Source of the DNA: an uncultured virus (IMG/VR IMGVR_UViG_3300015607_003969)
Taxonomy: Duplodnaviria > Heunggongvirae > Uroviricota > Caudoviricetes
IMG/VR virus record: IMGVR_UViG_3300015607_003969
Span: 1-64,000 of that record
DNA: 64,000 nucleotides
Reading direction: 5' to 3' (one strand)
Shown: positions 46,630-56,579 of the stretch, piece after piece
How positions within the stretch are numbered: the stretch's first letter is position 1
Layout of the letters: each line of letters opens with the position of its first letter
Notes under the pieces: generated by a model
Database searches by the model: none
Seen by the model: only the letters and a program-made list of their open reading frames with translations
What the model was told of the DNA's origin: nothing
Translations under genes and position numbers: made by a program

Positions 46630-47847
46630 ATGCCAGAGCCTACAGAGTTCGTGTCCGCGCGAGCGCGCCTGAAGAGGCAGTTCCCGTACTTCGCCAGCGT
46701 CATCCATCTCCTGTCTCCGTACCCGACGGAGGCGGTTGCACAGATGGCGCTGTCCTCTAAGCACGTGCTCGCGTACAACCCGAAGTGGTTCGGCGCCCTC
46801 TCTCTCGACGAGGCCGCCGGGGCACTTCTACGCATAGTGTTCCATGTCGTCTACGACATGGTCTACCAAGACAAAACGGACGGGTTCAAGGAGGCGGCCC
46901 TGTACAAGGCCGACTTCCTGGCCGCCAACGAGGCGGTGCACCGCTCCTCGATGCGGCTACCCCCCGGCTACATCAAGGCGTCGGACGTGGGGATGAGCGG
47001 CACCCTCCTCGACCTGTACCGCCACATCGAGACGAAGGGCGAGCCCTCGATCGAGGAGCAGATCCTCGCGCTGCTGTTCAAGCTCAGCCCCAACCCGATC
47101 CGGCACCCCGGCAACTACCGGTGCGACGTGGAGGACGACGAGCTCAACGATAAGTTGAACGCCCTCGTACCTTCCAAAACGCAGGCGCACACGCGGCACG
47201 CGGCCGTCGCCCTGGCCAACGACATCGCGCTGCAAGGCGGGTCCGGGCGAGGCTCTGTGCCCGGCGACATCGCGGAGTGGGCCCGCGTCACCGTCGCGCC
47301 GCCCAAGATCCCGTGGTACTCCCGGCTTGCCTCAAGCCTCCGGGCCACGGTGAGCTCTGCCAACACGGCGCACAACAGCATGGCCTCCTACAGCAGGCCG
47401 CACCCGATGACCTTCGTGAACGACTGCGGCATCATCTACCCGGGTGAGATCGGCAGCACGGCCAAGGTCGTCGTGATCATCGACACGTCGGGCTCGATGG
47501 GCGGTGAGCAGGTCACCATCGCCATCCGGGAGATCCGAGGGGTCCTGATGGGGCTCGGGCTCCACGAGCTGCTGCTGCTGCAAGCAGACACGAAGGTCCA
47601 CAAGGAGCAGATGCTCACCGTCGACGATCTGAACACCGGGAAGTTCCAGATCGTCGGCAGGGGTGGCACCGACTTCGTTCAGCCCCTGGCGAGGGCTGCC
47701 GAGCTCGGCGCCGAGGCCGTGATCTACATGACGGACGGTGATGGCGCCTGTCCGCCCAAACCGCCGACCTTCCCCGTGCACTGGTGCCTGATCGGCGCCA
47801 ACAAAGAGACCAAAATGCCCTTCGGCAAGCAGGTCATCGCCGACTGA
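46630..47847 (+). CDS. vWA-domain partner protein (DUF2201-like)
   Basis: IDTSGSM MIDAS, GRGGTDF, YMTDG; N-terminal YNPKWF..L segment typical of the peptidase-like domain. Confidence 0.8.
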   Translation: MPEPTEFVSARARLKRQFPYFASVIHLLSPYPTEAVAQMALSSKHVLAYNPKWFGALSLDEAAGALLRIVFHVVYDMVYQDKTDGFKEAALYKADFLAANEAVHRSSMRLPPGYIKASDVGMSGTLLDLYRHIETKGEPSIEEQILALLFKLSPNPIRHPGNYRCDVEDDELNDKLNALVPSKTQAHTRHAAVALANDIALQGGSGRGSVPGDIAEWARVTVAPPKIPWYSRLASSLRATVSSANTAHNSMASYSRPHPMTFVNDCGIIYPGEIGSTAKVVVIIDTSGSMGGEQVTIAIREIRGVLMGLGLHELLLLQADTKVHKEQMLTVDDLNTGKFQIVGRGGTDFVQPLARAAELGAEAVIYMTDGDGACPPKPPTFPVHWCLIGANKETKMPFGKQVIAD

Positions 47848-47850
47848 GCG

Positions 47851-47894
47851 CACGGACTTCCGGGGGGAAAGTCCGTGTTTTTTAGCCCCTAAAA
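47851..47894. terminator. Terminator at the convergent vWA/portal junction
   Basis: CACGGACTT...AAGTCCGTG hairpin followed by TTTTTTAGCCCC. Confidence 0.65.
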
Positions 47895-49884
47895 CAGAAG
47901 CCCTTCTCGGAGGGAGTTTCTCCGGCAGGGGGGCCATATCCACAGCGGGCTGTTGGACCGCGCCTGGGCCGGAAAGGGTGGGACTAGCCCCCATTTCTTG
48001 AAGCTTCTGCATGACCATGGCGTAGAGGTCGGGGCTTTGCTGCTGGAGAGCCTGCAACATGGAGTTGGCCTCTTGCGGCTGCATCTGCGAGATCTGCTTG
48101 GCGTAGGAGGCCGCAACCATGTCCAGACCCGCGGATGGCCGGTTCGCAGAGCTCTGCGTAAGTTGGCTTGAAATGACGTTGTTGAACTGATCGACAGCGT
48201 CTGGGGCGGGGGCAGCGCCACCCTGGCCGGGGGCTGCCGGGGGCTGCTGTTGGGCAGCCTGCTGCTGCGCTTGCTCTGGGGTCAGCGAATCTGGTGCTCC
48301 CGGCTCCCCGGGGAGCGGGCCTTGCTGCATAGCCTGCTGAGCCTGACCGTTCTCCGCTGCCGTCGCGGCGCTCAGTGCAGCTACTTCCGCCTGGAGCTTG
48401 GCTGCGCCGATCTGTTGCTTCTTCTGTAGCTTGAGCTGGTCATCGATCTCCCGTTCAGATCGCTGCATCTCCTGCTTGTAGTCGAAGTCCATCTGGCCAA
48501 GCCAGGTCTCCCGGGACATGGTGTTGAGCTGGACAGCCTGCAAGAGCAGCTGCTGCCTCTGCATGTCATCTGCCATACGGAAGGGCTTGAAGTGCGCATC
48601 GACCTCGGGCCAATCGAGGGCAACGCGCAGCTGCTCCACGACAAAGCGCAGAAGGGCCTTGTGTTCCTCCAGGTACCCGAGGAAGAAGTTCTCCACCGCG
48701 CGCATCGCCACGGTACCGCCTGACCAGCTTGCTCCCCCGAAGATAATCTCTTTGGGGACGCCGAGCTGGACCACGATGGCCTCGGCCTTGGACTGGATTT
48801 GCTGATCCAGGAGCAGGGCCTTCCCCTCGCCACCAATGGTCTGTTGGCCTATCGGTAGGGGCATGACAGGGATGTACGCCGGATCCCACCTCCAGCGCGC
48901 GATCTCCTTCGACATCTGCTCCTTCCACAGGGGCAAGGAGGTCATCGTGTAAGGGTCCGCAGAGCCCGCACCGGGCTGAGGGAAGATCGTGCGCAGGGGC
49001 TGGAGGTGCTCCATCAGAATCACCTCGTTCGCCTTCTGTAGCACCTGCATCTGAAACCCCTCCTTGATCACGCAAAGGAGGAGCGGGATGCCCCAGCCGC
49101 GATCGAACCCTGAGATAGAGGGGCGGGCCATGTGAAACAGCTGCTCATAGGGGATAGTCACCCCGATGTTCTTCCTGGCGGCCTCGATGAACGTCTGGGG
49201 GATCTCCTCCACCACGTGCTTGCGCCCCATGATGATGTCATTGCGCAAGTGCCCTGGAAGATCGTAGTAGAACGTCTTGTGTCCGCTCACCTCGTTGTAC
49301 CGGATGGTAATGGCTTCCGGGTTCCAACGGATGAGGCGTGCCCCCGAGGCCACCTTGGTGGTCACGTCGTGCACCTTAGCGGGCCCTGAGTGCTTACACT
49401 TCGGGCAGGTCAGGTTGAAGTCATGGCCCGAGAAGGTCCAGTGGTCCCTGCAAGACCTGGCCGCGCTCTGCCAGCCACACCCCGTACACCTGAGGAACTT
49501 GGTGAAGGGGTAGCGAAGACTTATGAACGCGTTCCCGTAGACGAAGTAATCGAGGCCTACTTCGAGCTGAAAGAGCCGGTAGCGCAGGTGCTCCTGGAAG
49601 TACCGCTGCCACTTCCGGGAGATCTCTTCGTTCTTGCCCTCGAAAAAGAGGGCCGTGATCGGGTACTCCGCGAGCTTACTTACGACGACGTTGAAGAACC
49701 CGTTGAGCAAGAAGTAATGCCGAAGCCACCTGAAGAGGGACTTCATGTTCTGCGGCATATACGTAGTGGCCAGATCAAACCAGGGGTGTGGGTACGCGAT
49801 ACCCATGCTCTCCCCGCCCTGGATCCGGCCACGGGTCCTGGAGTATCTGGTCGAAGACCCGGCTACGGCTGCGTCAGCGAACAT
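47890..49884 (-). CDS. Probable portal protein (ends at TTA 47892-47890; standard code runs to 47332)
   Basis: DYFVYGNAF, FHM..S...GWGIP, LGVPKEIIFG portal-like motifs; Zn-ribbon insert; Gln/Pro tail. Confidence 0.7.
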
Positions 49885-49890
49885 TCTCGA

Positions 49891-50748
49891 TCACCCTGCT
49901 TCTGCGGTGGGTCGCGGTAGGGGAGGAGGCACGTCTACCTTGCGCGCCAGCTCCTGGATGGGCAAAGTCATCATATGGTTTACCCCGGTCCCCGCCGTGA
50001 TCTGGCCGAGGAGGGAGCCTGTAACAGACTTGGCCGTGGTGGCCATCTGAAGGGGCGCCGTGGCCAGGTTAAGCGCCGTGGTGCCCCCTATCTCAACGGC
50101 CTTCCTGAGCCGGCTTCGGGGGTCCTCCTCGCTGGGGTCCGTCGCGATGCTGGCTGCCCCTCCGATGAGGGGGGATAGGATCAAGGCCTTGCCGAGGGTG
50201 TCTGTGCCTGCCCAAGTCCCCTTGGCGGCCTTACGCACGGTGTCCAGCGTGCGTGACGGGGTCACCAGCCCCTTGACCAATCCCGGAAGGTTGGTGAGAC
50301 CTGATTGTTCTGCATCGACCACAGCCTTGTGGCTGTCGAGGGCCCGTCGGAAGGCCTCCTGCGCGGCGTGCTGCTCGGTGGCCTTACTCTCAAGGACAGC
50401 CTTCCTCGCGTTGTCGAGGATGCCCTGCGTGTACCCGGATCCGCCGCCCAGGTCCGCCAGGCTCTTCCCCTGCGGCAAGTGGCCCGTAAGCGAGTAGAGC
50501 GTCTTATGTCCGTAGTTCGTTAGCCCCTCTGCCATGTCTGGCGAGAACCTACGCACGCCGGCACCGACAGCCCCGCCAACAACCGCCCCCTGTAGCCCCC
50601 TCTTGAGCCCCCCCTTCAGGGCATCGGACCAAGAAGCCCCTTCGTTCCTGGAAGCAGAGACCGACTGGCCAAAGCCGGCCAGTGCACCAAGGCCTGCTCC
50701 GGCCAGGGTGGGGGCTAGGTAGTTGGCGAGCTTAATCGGGCTACGCAT
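49891..50748 (-). CDS. Gly/Ala-rich probable virion protein with hydrophobic GxxxG segments
   Basis: LAGAGLGALAG and GAVVGGAVGAG; start overlaps the upstream TTA (TTATG). Confidence 0.6.
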   Translation of the reverse strand: MRSPIKLANYLAPTLAGAGLGALAGFGQSVSASRNEGASWSDALKGGLKRGLQGAVVGGAVGAGVRRFSPDMAEGLTNYGHKTLYSLTGHLPQGKSLADLGGGSGYTQGILDNARKAVLESKATEQHAAQEAFRRALDSHKAVVDAEQSGLTNLPGLVKGLVTPSRTLDTVRKAAKGTWAGTDTLGKALILSPLIGGAASIATDPSEEDPRSRLRKAVEIGGTTALNLATAPLQMATTAKSVTGSLLGQITAGTGVNHMMTLPIQELARKVDVPPPLPRPTAEAG

Positions 50749-51566
50749 AAGCGCCTCGCGATGTGGAGTTGTTGCTCAAGGAGTTTCCTCTGCTGGTCAA
50801 GGTAGAGCTCGATCTCCAGCATCTTCCTCAGCTGCTCGTCCTCCATCGAGTCACCCTCTGGGGCCTTGCCAGTACGCTTCACCTCCGGCCACCTGCGAAG
50901 GATCTGTCCGCGGTCCATGTCAAGCCAGTGGCCCTGGACCGTGATGAAGGCGCAAGCATCCACCCCCATGGCCACCTGATCGTGCTGGTACACGGTCGAT
51001 AGGAAGCGTTTGAGTTCGGTGGACCAAGGGTCCGGTCTTGTGTCGATGATGTCGAGCGTCCGTACGGCGAACGTGGCCTCAGCGGCGCTGGGCACCTGCA
51101 TCTGCTCGAAGTCGGGCAGTACGCTGTTGAAGGCCGAACACACCGGCAAAAACATCTCCCAGTGGGTCCACGGACCTTCGCTGGTGTGCGCCAGCTGACA
51201 GGCCATGACCTTGGACAGGTTCACAGGGAGAACTGGGCCAAAGGCGTCCTCGATAGCGTGCTCCACGGTCGACATGGTCCAGCCCAGCCAGTCCAGCTCG
51301 TACTTCTTGAGCAGCAGCATGCTCAGGACCAGCGGGTGAGCCTCGGGCAAGCTCCAAACTGTACTGGCGTTCAGTGTGGCCGGGTGCGGGGGAAGATGTA
51401 TCTCGTGGTGGTGCTCCTCCAAGGGCAAGGCGTCCACCACCACGTCTGTGGACTCACCGAAGGGCTGCAACTCGCCGTCTTTGGGCGCCTGCTCCAGGAG
51501 GAACCGCTCCACCCGGTCGAGCTCCGTTTCGAAAAGATCAGTGCCCAACGTGCAGCCCTCGACCAT
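50748..51566 (-). CDS. Hypothetical structural-cluster protein (standard code ends at 50715)
   Basis: Long ORF; TTA overlaps the next ATG by 1 nt. Confidence 0.6.
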
Positions 51567-52905
51567 CCCTGCCGTTGGACATGGCCACCCTGCCCAGCAG
51601 CTTGCGCTGTTCGACAGGCAACGACTTGTACGTGCCCACGGGGTCGCTCATGAACTTCAGCACGAAGGCCTTGTCGTAGAGCCTGTTGAGGGAGACCCTT
51701 CCCGTCTCCGTCTGGGCTGCGCTGTGCAGACCTGTGGCCGTGATCATGTCCGTACCCAGGATCTCGCTAAACTCAGCGAGCTTCACGGGAGCGAACAGGC
51801 AGCCCCAGGGGTCGGTGATGTGCGTGTCGTAGAGGCGATCCAGCCCCGCCTTCTTATCGAAGGCGTGCATGAGCGCAGCAAAGTCCTCGTTGGGGAGCGC
51901 CAGGTCGAGGTGCGCAGAGGCGATCTTGTCCAGGAGCCCTACGTCCTTCTCCTCTGCAAAGCGCCTGCGCACAGCCCAGGCCTCCTTGCAGTGTTCGTGA
52001 GACCCCAGCGTAGGGGCGCCATAGCGCTGCACGTCTTCCGACACCGCGAAAGCGCACTCTTCGGCCCGCTTGTAGAGGTTGGTCGCATACTCCCGGCGCA
52101 CCACGGGGCTCATGCTGCGGTAGTTATCGTCGAAGTACTCGCTGGCCGTCTTGATCTGGAGGGCGTCGTCGATCGGGTACCTGGAAGGGTTGGCGAGGCA
52201 GAACCTCCCGCCAGCCCTCTTGACGAGATCCGGCTGGTTGTCCCTCCCGGACACGTCGAGGTACGCGTGCTTCATGGTGCCGTACTCTTGAAAGGCCGGC
52301 TTCTTGGGCTTGTTCTCTTGGTACGGCATCACGTCCGTGCCTGAAAGGTCGGCGAGCTTCACGGTTAAACCTCCAAACGAGCTGAGGGGGAGGACGCTGC
52401 CGCCAGCTCCAGCGGCTTGACTCAAGTTAGCACCCATGGCCTTGCCAGCACCCGCCAGGCTCATCCCCGTCATGACCTTGCCCACAGCGCCCAGGGGGTT
52501 GTTCACCACCGACTTACCCACGGCTCCCAGCCCCTTCATGATGAGGCCGCCGAAAGCGATCTTTTCCAGGCTATCGGGGCGCCTGAGCCCGTACCAGTCA
52601 GAGGCCAAGCACAGGTTGGCTGCCGCCATCTTCTGCGCTTCGGGGGGCAGAACCCCGCCCAGGTGCATGAAATACAAGGTGCTGAGCGCGGTGTTGCCCG
52701 CGTCCACCGTCGCCAGCTTGCGCATCGACTCCCCCTCGTTGGTGAGCCGGAGGGCGAAGAGGGCGTCCGGCAGGGACGCTAGCTTGGCGCTCAGGTCCGC
52801 CGCACTCTTGAGCACGGGAGGCGTGCCGTGCGGGAAAACCGCAGAAACGAGCACCCTGGACGGGTCGTCGTAGGGGTCCAGAACCAGGCCGGAGAAGTTG
52901 CGCAT
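51538..52905 (-). CDS. KxA-rich probable head protein, possibly two genes split at TTA 52368-52366
   Basis: GGAGG-7 nt-GTG (52362) directly follows the in-frame TTA. Confidence 0.6.
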   Translation of the reverse strand: MRNFSGLVLDPYDDPSRVLVSAVFPHGTPPVLKSAADLSAKLASLPDALFALRLTNEGESMRKLATVDAGNTALSTLYFMHLGGVLPPEAQKMAAANLCLASDWYGLRRPDSLEKIAFGGLIMKGLGAVGKSVVNNPLGAVGKVMTGMSLAGAGKAMGANLSQAAGAGGSVLPLSSFGGLTVKLADLSGTDVMPYQENKPKKPAFQEYGTMKHAYLDVSGRDNQPDLVKRAGGRFCLANPSRYPIDDALQIKTASEYFDDNYRSMSPVVRREYATNLYKRAEECAFAVSEDVQRYGAPTLGSHEHCKEAWAVRRRFAEEKDVGLLDKIASAHLDLALPNEDFAALMHAFDKKAGLDRLYDTHITDPWGCLFAPVKLAEFSEILGTDMITATGLHSAAQTETGRVSLNRLYDKAFVLKFMSDPVGTYKSLPVEQRKLLGRVAMSNGRDGRGLHVGH

Positions 52906-52955
52906 GCCCCAAGAGTAGTCGGTATTCGGGAAGAAGAGGAGCGAAAGGGCACACC

Positions 52956-53555
52956 ATGAGAGATATGGAATGTTTCGGCCGCGACTGGTCTAGCGGGGAC
53001 GTGGCCTGTGTGGGGGGTCCGGATTACGGCCAAAACGGGACTCGGCAGCCCCCCTGTGACCTGGAGCGGGCGTGTAAGGCACATGTGGCGCACGCAGCTC
53101 TCCAGCTGATCCCCGTGACCCGCCTGACGAACGGCCAGCAGAGCCCCCACCAGGAGCCTGCCAGGAACGTCTACCCGCCGCCCCCTCCTGCGCAGTCCAC
53201 GGCCATCCAGCAGCGCCCGCAGGCACACCCCCCTCAGGTCCACCAGGTCGGGCCCCCTACGGTCGGTCATATGGCGCCCCGCCAGGGAGAGAGCGTGGGT
53301 TATCCGCAAACGCACACCCAGATGCAGGTACAAGGCCCCCATACGATGGGCAGGGTCCACTACAACCCTGTGGCCGTTGACACCGTCAGCTTCCTGGGGC
53401 GGAAGGAGGGCAGGAAGAAGAAGGTTAAGTCCTTCTTCCTGGAGATGTTCCGCGCTGGGGCGAAGGGGGCTTTCATGCAGGGTGCTGACTTCTTTGACGG
53501 CGTCGTGCTCGGGGACGATGATGACGACGGCGGAGGTCCGAGTGGCAGAAGGTTA
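52956..53555 (+). CDS. Hypothetical protein, N-terminal Cys cluster and Pro/Gln linker (standard code ends at 53750)
   Basis: CFG..C..C..C; acidic DDDDD shortly before the TTA. Confidence 0.55.
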
Positions 53556-55005
53556 TGTGGACTACCGGTTGTGCCTGCCGAGCTCCGTTGTCGTCTACGA
53601 GATAATCGAGAGGCAACTGCCCTGGCTGAGGTCGGAGCCAGGGTACGGGCTGCAAGGCGACTTCGTCGCGCTGCCGCGCAACTGGGCGGGGCTCTATCGG
53701 GACATGGTCCTGGGCACGGGCAAGGGGAACCACTTCGGCATAAAGCTTAACGACCGTAGGATCCTCGCCAACTCCTACGGGGGCACGGCTACGAGCAACA
53801 TCGTACTCGATCGCTATGCGGTCCCTGGGGGCGAACGGCTGCAACACGACGCGCTGGAGGCCCTCAGCACCGGCCTGGACGGCACCCTCCAGCTGTACTG
53901 CGGGGCAGGCAAGACCGTGATTGCCATCGAACACGCGATACGTACCGCGAAGCCCTGCCTGATCGTCGTGGACAACAACGTGTTGCTAGAGCAGTGGGTG
54001 GAGGCGCTGTCCAAACACACGGACTACCGGGGCATGGATCGGCACAAGTGGGCCTCCCGGCCTCACGTGTGGTCAGGGCGTACTGGCTGGGCACGCGCTG
54101 CCTTCACCCTGACGCTGTACTCGCGCCTCGCAGACATCGTGCCCACGGACGAGCAACGCGCGTTCTACGGCACGGTATTCTACGACGAGGGTCACCACCT
54201 GGGCTCCAACACGTACAGCCGCTGTGCGGGGCTCTTCCACGGGCAACGGATATCGCTATCGGCCACCCCCACAAGGAGAGATGGGATGGATGAGCTCGTT
54301 GGCGTCCACCTTGGCGGCACGCTGTTCAAAAGGCTAAAACCCCCCTTCACTCCGGAGGTGCGCGTACTCCAGCTACCTCCCACGCCTGCGAGACTCGAAC
54401 CCGACTTCAGCACGGAACAGAGCCTCGCGCTGATCGGGGCTCGGCTCGCTGACGACCCTCCCCGAGTCCGTGCGGTCACGAGACTTCTACAGAAGCTGCT
54501 CCGCGATGGCAGGCGCCCCTTGCTGCTCACCAGGTCGCTACATGCCCTGACGAACCTAGCTGCCGATCTGGCAGGTGAGCCGCTGGTGGACACGAAAACG
54601 GACGAGGAGCGGAAGAAGAGGTTGGCCGCACTCCTGAACCTTCAACCCACGGTGGGCGCTCTGGCGTACGAAATCCCTCTCGAAAAGAGGGCGCCCCTGT
54701 GCGCCCGACCTATCCTGCTGTCGATAACCCGCTACGGCCGGGAGGGGTTGGACGACCCTTCCAGGGACACCCTCGTCCTCCACGAGCCTGCGGTAGACGT
54801 AGGCCTTATCCAGCAGATGATCGGGCGGATCCTGCGGCCGTCAGCGACCAACAACGTTCGCCAGGTCCTCATCCTGGCCGACATGCACCCGGTGACAGAG
54901 GCGATGCTGGCCAAGACAAAACGCGCTCTCAGGTCTTGGCCTGTGGAGCAAGGGGGGCCCTACACCCCCAGAACGGAGAGTATTTTTGACTACATATCGT
55001 CCTGA
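53542..55005 (+). CDS. SF2 helicase (UvsW-like)
   Basis: CGAGKT, DEGHH, SATP, QMIGRILR; GGAGG-GTG start. Confidence 0.85.
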   Translation: MAEGYVDYRLCLPSSVVVYEIIERQLPWLRSEPGYGLQGDFVALPRNWAGLYRDMVLGTGKGNHFGIKLNDRRILANSYGGTATSNIVLDRYAVPGGERLQHDALEALSTGLDGTLQLYCGAGKTVIAIEHAIRTAKPCLIVVDNNVLLEQWVEALSKHTDYRGMDRHKWASRPHVWSGRTGWARAAFTLTLYSRLADIVPTDEQRAFYGTVFYDEGHHLGSNTYSRCAGLFHGQRISLSATPTRRDGMDELVGVHLGGTLFKRLKPPFTPEVRVLQLPPTPARLEPDFSTEQSLALIGARLADDPPRVRAVTRLLQKLLRDGRRPLLLTRSLHALTNLAADLAGEPLVDTKTDEERKKRLAALLNLQPTVGALAYEIPLEKRAPLCARPILLSITRYGREGLDDPSRDTLVLHEPAVDVGLIQQMIGRILRPSATNNVRQVLILADMHPVTEAMLAKTKRALRSWPVEQGGPYTPRTESIFDYISS

Positions 55006-55825
55006 TGCGCGGCGATCTCCCGCAGATGTCCAACGCGACTGGAGCGAGTGCACCCTGTGCCCTGCGGGTCGTGCACTGGAGGAGCGCAGGAACCATCCAG
55101 AATACCCGGAGGCCGCGGCGAGGATCCATGGGCAGGGTGTGCCGGGGGGTATCATGTTCGTCGACGCCGCTCCTGGGTGGCGGGCAGAGGTGGCGGGTTG
55201 CGCCTTCCCTGTGGAGAAGAACGAGACTCTCTTCCCCGAGGAGGGTCGAGGCTCCTTTATCCGGACCTTGGCCGACAAGTTCAACATCCCCGCCTGGTTC
55301 ACCGGGGCCACCTTGTGTCGACCCACGTCCCCTCGGATCGACGCCGAGGGTAACCAGCTGGTCCAGGAGCGCATGGTCAGGGGTGTGGCGAAGAAGTTCT
55401 TGAGCTTCAAGGACAGGAGCCCCACGGCTGAGGAGTTCGGTGCGTGTCACCAGCGCATGCTCGCCGAGATCTACTCCGTAGACCCCGTTCTCATCGTGGC
55501 CTTCGGGGAGGTGGCTGGCAGGGCCGTCATGGGCAAACCCACGGCGGTCTCCAAGACGCCCAAGCTAGAGAAGCTGACCTTCCCCGGAGCTCTGGAAGTC
55601 CCTCACCTGGATAAAAAGGGCACTTGGGGCAGGCGGCGACTCGGTGTCTGGACGTGGCCCACGGACAACATGGGGGTGTCCTACCCCGTGCTCGTGACGG
55701 TGTCGACGGCAGACGCGCTGCGACAACAAGCAGATCGCAGCAGCAGCGGCGCGTTCACCGCGCTGGTGTCCACGTTTCATCTTGTGAGCCAAGTTTACGA
55801 GGCGTATCGAAAGGAGGGTCAATGA
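54986..55825 (+). CDS. Family 4 uracil-DNA glycosylase-like protein, degenerate
   Basis: CTLC, MFVDAAPG, LCRP, PTAEE..AC, VDP.LIVAFG. Confidence 0.7.
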   Translation: MTTYRPDARRSPADVQRDWSECTLCPAGRALEERRNHPEYPEAAARIHGQGVPGGIMFVDAAPGWRAEVAGCAFPVEKNETLFPEEGRGSFIRTLADKFNIPAWFTGATLCRPTSPRIDAEGNQLVQERMVRGVAKKFLSFKDRSPTAEEFGACHQRMLAEIYSVDPVLIVAFGEVAGRAVMGKPTAVSKTPKLEKLTFPGALEVPHLDKKGTWGRRRLGVWTWPTDNMGVSYPVLVTVSTADALRQQADRSSSGAFTALVSTFHLVSQVYEAYRKEGQ

Positions 55826-56238
55826 TCAACAACCCAGCGGAACGTGCAGCGGCTGTCGAGCGCCACACGAAGGCGGTGGCCGCGCTGGAGCAGTTCGTGG
55901 GCACGCATAGGCAGCTGCTGGACTACCTGCGGGGGCTGACCGACGAGGTCAACGCTGCCGCAGCGCAACTGGAGGAGTTTGCCAGGGCGTCGAAGCAGCC
56001 CCTCGGGCCGGTGGTCCTGGGTAAGGAGGTGCGCAGGGTGGATGCGGAGCGTGCGCTGACCGCCCTCGGACAGCAGCAGTTCGTCGACATCGGCGGCACG
56101 CTCGACGTCGTGCCCAAGCTCTCCATCGCCCAAGTTCAGCGGGCTGTCGCGAGCGGGAAGCTTGACCCCACCCTTGCCGTGACGCTCATCAACGTCTCCC
56201 AGAACATCGTTGTCCCCGAACCCTATAGGACGCCATGA
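55822..56238 (+). CDS. Hypothetical protein
   Basis: AAGGAGG RBS; ATGA overlaps at both ends. Confidence 0.6.
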   Translation: MINNPAERAAAVERHTKAVAALEQFVGTHRQLLDYLRGLTDEVNAAAAQLEEFARASKQPLGPVVLGKEVRRVDAERALTALGQQQFVDIGGTLDVVPKLSIAQVQRAVASGKLDPTLAVTLINVSQNIVVPEPYRTP

Positions 56239-56576
56239 AGCCGATTACGCCCAGAAAGATCGACTTGCTCCAGTTGATGAGCCTCGAAATCTCTAACGCA
56301 GACGGCATACCCCAGCTGCGTGCGGAGTTCGGGCTCTACAACTCCGCAGCCGCTGTCAAGGTCGGCGCGTTTGCGCGAGGGGGTCACGGGTGGTCTCCCA
56401 AGACCTTGAGCCTCCTGCAAGACCTGATCAACAGCATGGAGCAGGACGCCGTTGCCGACCTGTCCGATGGTCCGCGCCCCGCTCAGAACGTCATGGCCGA
56501 GTCCGCGAGCACCACCCCCATGGAGGAGCCCCCCAGCCTGTCGAACTGGTCCAAGGTTCCCGGGCAAATCGGGTGA
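56235..56576 (+). CDS. Hypothetical protein
   Basis: ATGA overlap. Confidence 0.55.
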   Translation: MKPITPRKIDLLQLMSLEISNADGIPQLRAEFGLYNSAAAVKVGAFARGGHGWSPKTLSLLQDLINSMEQDAVADLSDGPRPAQNVMAESASTTPMEEPPSLSNWSKVPGQIG

Positions 56577-56579
56577 AGC

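Noticed and set aside
47332..47889. C-terminal ~185 aa of the listed 850-aa portal ORF
   Set aside because: Runs through a terminator and is the antisense shadow of the vWA gene
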